64,000 nt of DNA, from positions 1 to 64,000 of the IMG/VR virus record IMGVR_UViG_3300010885_044958. One strand, 5' to 3'. Numbering within the stretch: the first letter of the stretch is position 1; each line of letters starts with the position of its first letter. Both the position numbers and the translations under genes were made by a program. A model generated the notes under the pieces. The model ran no database searches. It was given only the letters and a program-made list of their open reading frames with translations, and had not been told where the DNA came from. Shown here one piece after another: positions 59,125-64,000 of the stretch. The DNA comes from a virus.

Positions 59125-59742
59125 TCAGAAAGGAAGATCATCGCTTGTATCTGGAACCTGTGATGCTGAAGCTGGCAACATTACATCATCTGTTTTATGA
59201 CTAGCATTAGGAGCGTTCTTTTGTATATTATTAATATAATTTGTAGAACCTACTTCAAATACTTGTTCTTCAAAACCTGATTTTTTTGCAAGGTCGGCAT
59301 CTATAATAAAATACAGATAAGGTAAGCAAGCCCACAATCTATTTTTATTATCTTCTTTTGCACCTACTACCATTGCCAATTTCTTAGAAGTTACACGAGA
59401 ATCATTTAGTAAAGTCTCATAATATTTTCCACATTCGGCAATTGACTTAAATGGCTTAGAACAATCCTTACCAGTTAATCCATGATGCAAAAACTGCAAC
59501 CTTTTCATTAGACCTTCTTTAGGGCTAACATAAAACTTCTCTATTACTCGACCTTTTTCACCTGCAAATGTTACTTCTAGATATGCAGTCTTTAGTGTTC
59601 CTGCTTGATTATTATCTGTTGGTTGTACAAATTTAGCTTCACTTACACTAAGCCAATAATGCCCAGGTGCCAAAAATTCCTGACGTTCTGGCACTACTAC
59701 CGATCCAAAATCCATTACTTCACTGTTCGTATTCACACTCAT
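59125..59742 (-). CDS. Putative single-stranded DNA-binding protein
   Basis: PG.Y...V..A N-terminal strand and C-terminal acidic DDLPF tail. Adjacent to the AAA ATPase and primase. Confidence 0.7.
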   Translation of the reverse strand: MSVNTNSEVMDFGSVVVPERQEFLAPGHYWLSVSEAKFVQPTDNNQAGTLKTAYLEVTFAGEKGRVIEKFYVSPKEGLMKRLQFLHHGLTGKDCSKPFKSIAECGKYYETLLNDSRVTSKKLAMVVGAKEDNKNRLWACLPYLYFIIDADLAKKSGFEEQVFEVGSTNYINNIQKNAPNASHKTDDVMLPASASQVPDTSDDLPF

Positions 59743-59761
59743 ATTATTTAGTTTTAATTGT

Positions 59762-59941
59762 TTATATTTTAAAATTAGTCCAACATACTACATTATCTAT
59801 CTTATTTTCAAAATTTGCAACACCACGCATTGCAGAAATAGACGAAAATCTTAAATTTGTTTTAGTCTGAAACTCTGTCAATAAATCAGACAATTTTTTA
59901 TCCAATTTATCTTTCTCTACTTTTAAATCCTTACTATCCAT
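59762..59941 (-). CDS. Small hypothetical protein (59 aa, not in ORF track)
   Basis: MDSKDLKVEKDKLDKKLSDLLTEFQ...VCWTNFKI fills the gap between genes. Confidence 0.5.
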   Translation of the reverse strand: MDSKDLKVEKDKLDKKLSDLLTEFQTKTNLRFSSISAMRGVANFENKIDNVVCWTNFKI

Positions 59942-59942
59942 A

Positions 59943-60698
59943 CTACACAGCTTCTTTTTTAGCTTTTACTTTAATTGGTTCTTCTGATTTGCCTTCACAG
60001 TCTCCTGAATAGTAGCAAGCAATTGCTTTATTTACTAATTCAAGATCATTATCAATGTATTCATCTGGGAATAAATCAATTGGTGATTTCGCTGTTGATG
60101 ACATATCTCTAGTTTTAAACTTATAGACGATATTGTTATCTCCATCTTGCATTTTACAAGCTAAAAGTACAATTTCAAATTGTGCCTCAACAGAAGCTAA
60201 TTTTTCTTGTATCATTTTGCCAGAACTCATTGCTCTCTTTACTTTTTCCTCGATCACACCATCCCCGACACTATCGGCATGAAAAAGAAAATACACATTT
60301 AGGTCTTCTCTTAAAGTATTTGCAACTTCTGCTAAATGTAAAAAATCATGGGCAATGTCACTGTACTTATTGTAACCAGGTTCTTCCCTGCGCCGATCCA
60401 GCTCCTTTATTGAAAAAAATGTCGAATCGTCCAGGCATATAGTCCTAACATGTGGCATTTTATCACTAATATGTCTCAACCACTGACTCACAGCTTTGGC
60501 TGACGAGCTTATTATTAAATTACCTGTTGGATTTGATTCACGATTCCAGACAGTATAATTTATACGACTTTTTGGGAATGGAAGACCTTTCCCTAAACTT
60601 GAGAAAATCATAGTCGTCTTAGGATCTAGATTTCTCATACTTGTGCTTTTACCAACACCACTTTCTCCAATAATTAATATTCCTTTAGATGTATTCAT
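59943..60698 (-). CDS. P-loop ATPase (AAA_24 / Sak4-like)
   Basis: Walker A GESGVGKSTS, Walker B ICLDD, F.FH, GK.I......E..F..VL, TAKSP..LF....IDNDL. Confidence 0.85.
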   Translation of the reverse strand: MNTSKGILIIGESGVGKSTSMRNLDPKTTMIFSSLGKGLPFPKSRINYTVWNRESNPTGNLIISSSAKAVSQWLRHISDKMPHVRTICLDDSTFFSIKELDRRREEPGYNKYSDIAHDFLHLAEVANTLREDLNVYFLFHADSVGDGVIEEKVKRAMSSGKMIQEKLASVEAQFEIVLLACKMQDGDNNIVYKFKTRDMSSTAKSPIDLFPDEYIDNDLELVNKAIACYYSGDCEGKSEEPIKVKAKKEAV

Positions 60699-60718
60699 AT
60701 CTCTCTATTTCCTTTACA

Positions 60719-60749
60719 CAAAGTTACAATCATTTCTATTCTCTACAAA
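60719..60749 (-). promoter_or_regulatory. Bacteroidota-type promoter
   Basis: Minus strand TTTG (60746-60749), 19-nt spacer, TAACTTTG (60719-60726). Confidence 0.7.
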
Positions 60750-60824
60750 ATATTTTCTTCTATTTTCCTATATATTTCTTTAATTAATTTGGTCCTCTAA
60801 TTTGTATTTGCATAAATTTCTATT

Positions 60825-60983
60825 TTAATCATAAATATCATCATCTATTTCTCTGTCTCGTAATTCTGACCAACATGCGTCTTGTAAAAAATTTTCAGGA
60901 ATCGGCAATTTATCATCACGCATTGCATCTTCTTCTAGATCTTCCCAATCTAAATCTTCTGGTTCTGGATAGTTGTTTTTCAT
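60825..60983 (-). CDS. Very acidic 52-aa protein (not in ORF track)
   Basis: MKNNYPEPEDLDWEDLEEDAMRDDKLPIPENFLQDACWSELRDREIDDDIYD. Confidence 0.55.
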   Translation of the reverse strand: MKNNYPEPEDLDWEDLEEDAMRDDKLPIPENFLQDACWSELRDREIDDDIYD

Positions 60984-61002
60984 ATTATTTGCGTTTTAAT
61001 TT

Positions 61003-61209
61003 TTACAAATTATCGTTTACATGACTTCCAAAACTTGTATTTTTTTTAGAAATTTTTAATGGTTTTGCAACAATACTAAACGTATCTGATAGATATTGTT
61101 CTTCTAATAAATCTCTAACAGTATTAAACATATTTTCTTCAGCTTCTTCTTTAGAATTTGCTTTAATAATATATTCTGTACTCATTTTTACTAACCAGTC
61201 TTTTTCCAT
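61003..61209 (-). CDS. Hypothetical protein
   Basis: 68 aa with an A.S.EEA motif. Confidence 0.55.
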   Translation of the reverse strand: MEKDWLVKMSTEYIIKANSKEEAEENMFNTVRDLLEEQYLSDTFSIVAKPLKISKKNTSFGSHVNDNL

Positions 61210-61212
61210 ATT

Positions 61213-62280
61213 CTAAAATATTGATTTTTGTGCTCCATACTTAGCTATCTTGTTTTTCTCTTCGGTTATAATCTGTAAATAAATCTTTTCTAAAGCTTCT
61301 TTATCATCTGCTTTTGGTAATTCCTGAAAAATTTCATGTCTACCATCAAAAAGCATTCCTAATCTAGGCGCAATTTCCTCTTCATTTGTTTTTAGATTTA
61401 TTAAAGATTTAAACCTACCTCTAAGAATATCTATATTATAGTCTCCTGAATGAGGATATTCTTTTATCTCGAACCTGTTAGGGTCAAAAAGTCCAAATAC
61501 ATGGTGCATTGATCTAGCTACAACTTTTGCATCTGCCACAGAACTAAGATTAGGTTCAATATTTATAAGACTTCCTTTACCTGCGTTTCTAAAAGTATTT
61601 TTTTCAGAATCTGCGTCTACTTGTAAAACAGTTATTGTTGTAATACCTACTTTACAAAATTTAAGTCGTATAATATCTCTACTTAATCTTTTTATTGCAG
61701 CCCATTCAGTTGCATCCTGCTCGTTCTGAGTGACGTTTGACTGATTATCAATTAGGACCACGATGTGGAAATCTTTGCCCAGCTCTTTATAAGTTTCTGC
61801 TACTTTTTTATAAATCTGGTCTGGGGAAGATAAATCGTTAGTTATTTCTACTATAGACTCTAAATGTTCGTAGAATTTTTCATCTTTCTTTAATGCGTCC
61901 AAAAATTTTTCAGGTAAAGGCAACTCCCTACTATTTAATACTTTAGGACTAATAGATAATTTATGACGTGTAAAAAGATAGTGGCTCATTATTTTTTTCA
62001 TAACTGGGATCTCTGGGTCTTCTAGGGCAAAATACAAAATTTTACAAGGATAATCATTCTCCATTATAAAATCTAACATATTATACATCCAATATCGCAT
62101 TAATCTTGACTTGCCCGAACCTGTCATACCCAAGAGTCCTATGTATTCTCCAGGATTAAAGCCATCAAAATAATTTGAATATCTAGGAAATCCACTTAGG
62201 GGTATTCCGTTAAACCCACCACTTTCTCGTATTGCCTTTTTCTTTAATAAATCTTCTAAGGTTTTATCATACCACCCCAA
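61213..62280 (-). CDS. DnaB-like replicative helicase (SF4)
   Basis: G.TGSGKS, YFALE, VLID, V.Q, D.......V.GLFDP.R, LFDG...F.ELP. Confidence 0.85.
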   Translation of the reverse strand: MGWYDKTLEDLLKKKAIRESGGFNGIPLSGFPRYSNYFDGFNPGEYIGLLGMTGSGKSRLMRYWMYNMLDFIMENDYPCKILYFALEDPEIPVMKKIMSHYLFTRHKLSISPKVLNSRELPLPEKFLDALKKDEKFYEHLESIVEITNDLSSPDQIYKKVAETYKELGKDFHIVVLIDNQSNVTQNEQDATEWAAIKRLSRDIIRLKFCKVGITTITVLQVDADSEKNTFRNAGKGSLINIEPNLSSVADAKVVARSMHHVFGLFDPNRFEIKEYPHSGDYNIDILRGRFKSLINLKTNEEEIAPRLGMLFDGRHEIFQELPKADDKEALEKIYLQIITEEKNKIAKYGAQKSIF

Positions 62281-62380
62281 CTCACACCTCCTTTTTAATC
62301 TTTTTTGTTAAATATTTTTTCTATTTCTAAAACACACATGGCTATAAAAAGTGCCAAAGATGCAATTATTATAATTACTA

Positions 62381-62584
62381 TCATGCTTTCATTCGTTTTA
62401 ATATTTCTGTATCTGAATCATTGTAGATGTCTCTCAGATTATAATTTGCATTTTCTGAAAAATTTTTGTCTACAAATTCATTTATACCAAGATTTGTTAG
62501 AGCTTGTCCAAATTGGATGTTTTTGTTATTATGTAAATAATGTGCAATTGTAGCAATTATTTTTGTAGCTTCTTCTGTTATCAT
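62381..62584 (-). CDS. Hypothetical phage protein
   Basis: FGQ.L..L and D.YN..D..IL motif. Confidence 0.6.
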   Translation of the reverse strand: MITEEATKIIATIAHYLHNNKNIQFGQALTNLGINEFVDKNFSENANYNLRDIYNDSDTEILKRMKA

Positions 62585-62585
62585 C

Positions 62586-63281
62586 TCAGGCAGTATTTAA
62601 AAAGCTTAAATCATAAGTTGTTTCTTCATTATTTTTACTTGATTCTATCCTAGCACACCAATTAGCTAATTCATATATTACTTCTTTGCCTTCTGCTTTA
62701 AAAATAAAATATTGGCAATGACGCATAAATTTAAGACTTTCATCTTTTTCAAGATTTTCCTTCACATATAATTTAGCTGCAGAAATTAAAATTTTCTGAT
62801 TTTTATATTCTGGAAAAACTTTGAAGAATCGTTCTAATCTTATTAAAGCTACCTTTGAATTGGCTCTATGGCTCTTAGGGAACACATTTACAAATTCTTC
62901 AGAAAACTGCTCCCACGATTTTTCTGTCTCTACTATTGGTACTACTAATTTTTCTAGACTAGGTTGCAAATCTTCTGCATGAATCTCGTCATCAAATGCA
63001 TTATATAAATCTTTGACAAATATTGCGCCCTGTTTAGAAATTTTATATAGATACTTTGAATCTCCATCTGGTTCCAAAAGATTTCTACGATACATTAAAC
63101 GATACAATATAAGCATCCTTTTGGCTCGGCTAGAATCGTCTGCATAATCCAGCAATTCTAACTTTTGCTCGGCTAATGCCAACATCACAAACATGACTGT
63201 ACCGCCAATATCCATATATATTTCATTCTTCCTCAGTAAGTCTATTATCTTCTGGTTATATTGAATATTTATAAACTTCAT
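62586..63281 (-). CDS. Hypothetical protein, possible replication initiator/helicase loader
   Basis: 231 aa upstream of the helicase, with F...FP...AA..YV...YFI.K pattern. Confidence 0.55.
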   Translation of the reverse strand: MKFINIQYNQKIIDLLRKNEIYMDIGGTVMFVMLALAEQKLELLDYADDSSRAKRMLILYRLMYRRNLLEPDGDSKYLYKISKQGAIFVKDLYNAFDDEIHAEDLQPSLEKLVVPIVETEKSWEQFSEEFVNVFPKSHRANSKVALIRLERFFKVFPEYKNQKILISAAKLYVKENLEKDESLKFMRHCQYFIFKAEGKEVIYELANWCARIESSKNNEETTYDLSFLNTA

Positions 63282-63610
63282 TCTTTATTTGGTTTAAATT
63301 CTTTAAAATATAATTTTTCTTCTTCTATCGACCTATCTTTAGAAAAATCAATACCTAATAAGATATAAGGAATCCAATAAAAGCTAATCTGATCTTTTTC
63401 TTGTGTTTCTACTTTTAGATAGTGATTGTCTTTATCTAGTGGCAAATCTTCTTTTGCAATTTCTACAAAATTTTCTCGGCAAGATTCTCCAACATGATAC
63501 CAATGATCATTTAATTGATGATAGGGCATCCATCTATCTTTTGTATTAAACAATAAAAGAATTATACCAGATTTGTATTTTTCTATAAAATAACTTTCTA
63601 TGTGTTGCAT
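63278..63610 (-). CDS. Hypothetical protein
   Basis: 110-aa ORF. Confidence 0.55.
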   Translation of the reverse strand: MQHIESYFIEKYKSGIILLLFNTKDRWMPYHQLNDHWYHVGESCRENFVEIAKEDLPLDKDNHYLKVETQEKDQISFYWIPYILLGIDFSKDRSIEEEKLYFKEFKPNKE

Positions 63611-63834
63611 TATTCTATAGATTGTTTTAGTTCTTCAATATATTCTTTACCTTTTTCATAAGTTACTTCGTTTAAATCTAAATCAAATGCGGCAGAAATG
63701 CATTTTGTTCCATAAATTTTCATAAGATAGCGCACATCTTCCAAGCTCAGGTCGAAATCTTCCAAACTAGTATTTTCTTCGTCTTCATAAAATATTTCCA
63801 CGTATTCCTGTATTACTTCTAGTGTATTTTGCAT
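63610..63834 (-). CDS. Acidic hypothetical protein
   Basis: 74-aa ORF. Confidence 0.55.
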   Translation of the reverse strand: MQNTLEVIQEYVEIFYEDEENTSLEDFDLSLEDVRYLMKIYGTKCISAAFDLDLNEVTYEKGKEYIEELKQSIE

Positions 63835-64000
63835 ATTCTATTTTATTTTAGATTGTTTTTAAATTCTTCAAATGCATCATAATCATATAATGCAGATTCA
63901 TGTTCTGGACCTTCACCTATTGCATAAATCATACTAGGATCATCTAATATCTGATCTATTTGATACTTACAATATTCTATCATTGCTTTATGTACTTCTT

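Noticed and set aside
38513-62553. Plus-strand ORFs inside the minus-strand block (e.g. 42743..43180, 49057..49545, 60182..60442)
   Set aside because: They are antisense shadows of well-supported genes. Only 42223..42495 has its own promoter and terminator.
1-64000. Stop-codon reassignment (TAG/TGA), common in some crAss-like phages
   Set aside because: ORFs up to 9 kb are uninterrupted in code 11, and TAG (35916) and TGA (ATGA overlaps) act as real stops.

Overview
This AT-rich, gene-dense 64 kb segment appears to come from a large lytic bacteriophage, most consistent with a crAss-like (Crassvirales-type) phage of a Bacteroidota host. Bases 1-37.4k (+ strand) form a virion/late block. It holds modular proteins punctuated by a recurring [YFK]-[QK]-x-GG motif, a GH108 lysin, a protein carrying an M15 peptidase domain, and four giant putative ejection proteins. 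One of these is a 2985-aa single-chain RNA polymerase (DFDGD) with appended AlkB-like and SLOG domains. Bases 37.4k-64k (mostly - strand) hold nucleotide-pool enzymes, RecA, a PD-(D/E)XK nuclease, a six-enzyme amidoligase/glutamine-amidotransferase/ATP-grasp cluster, primase, SSB, an AAA ATPase and a DnaB-like helicase. Multiple TTTG-N19/20-TAnnTTTG promoters point to a Bacteroidota host. The standard genetic code fits. No tRNA, rRNA, CRISPR array or integrase was seen. All family calls come from motif recognition by eye, not database searches.
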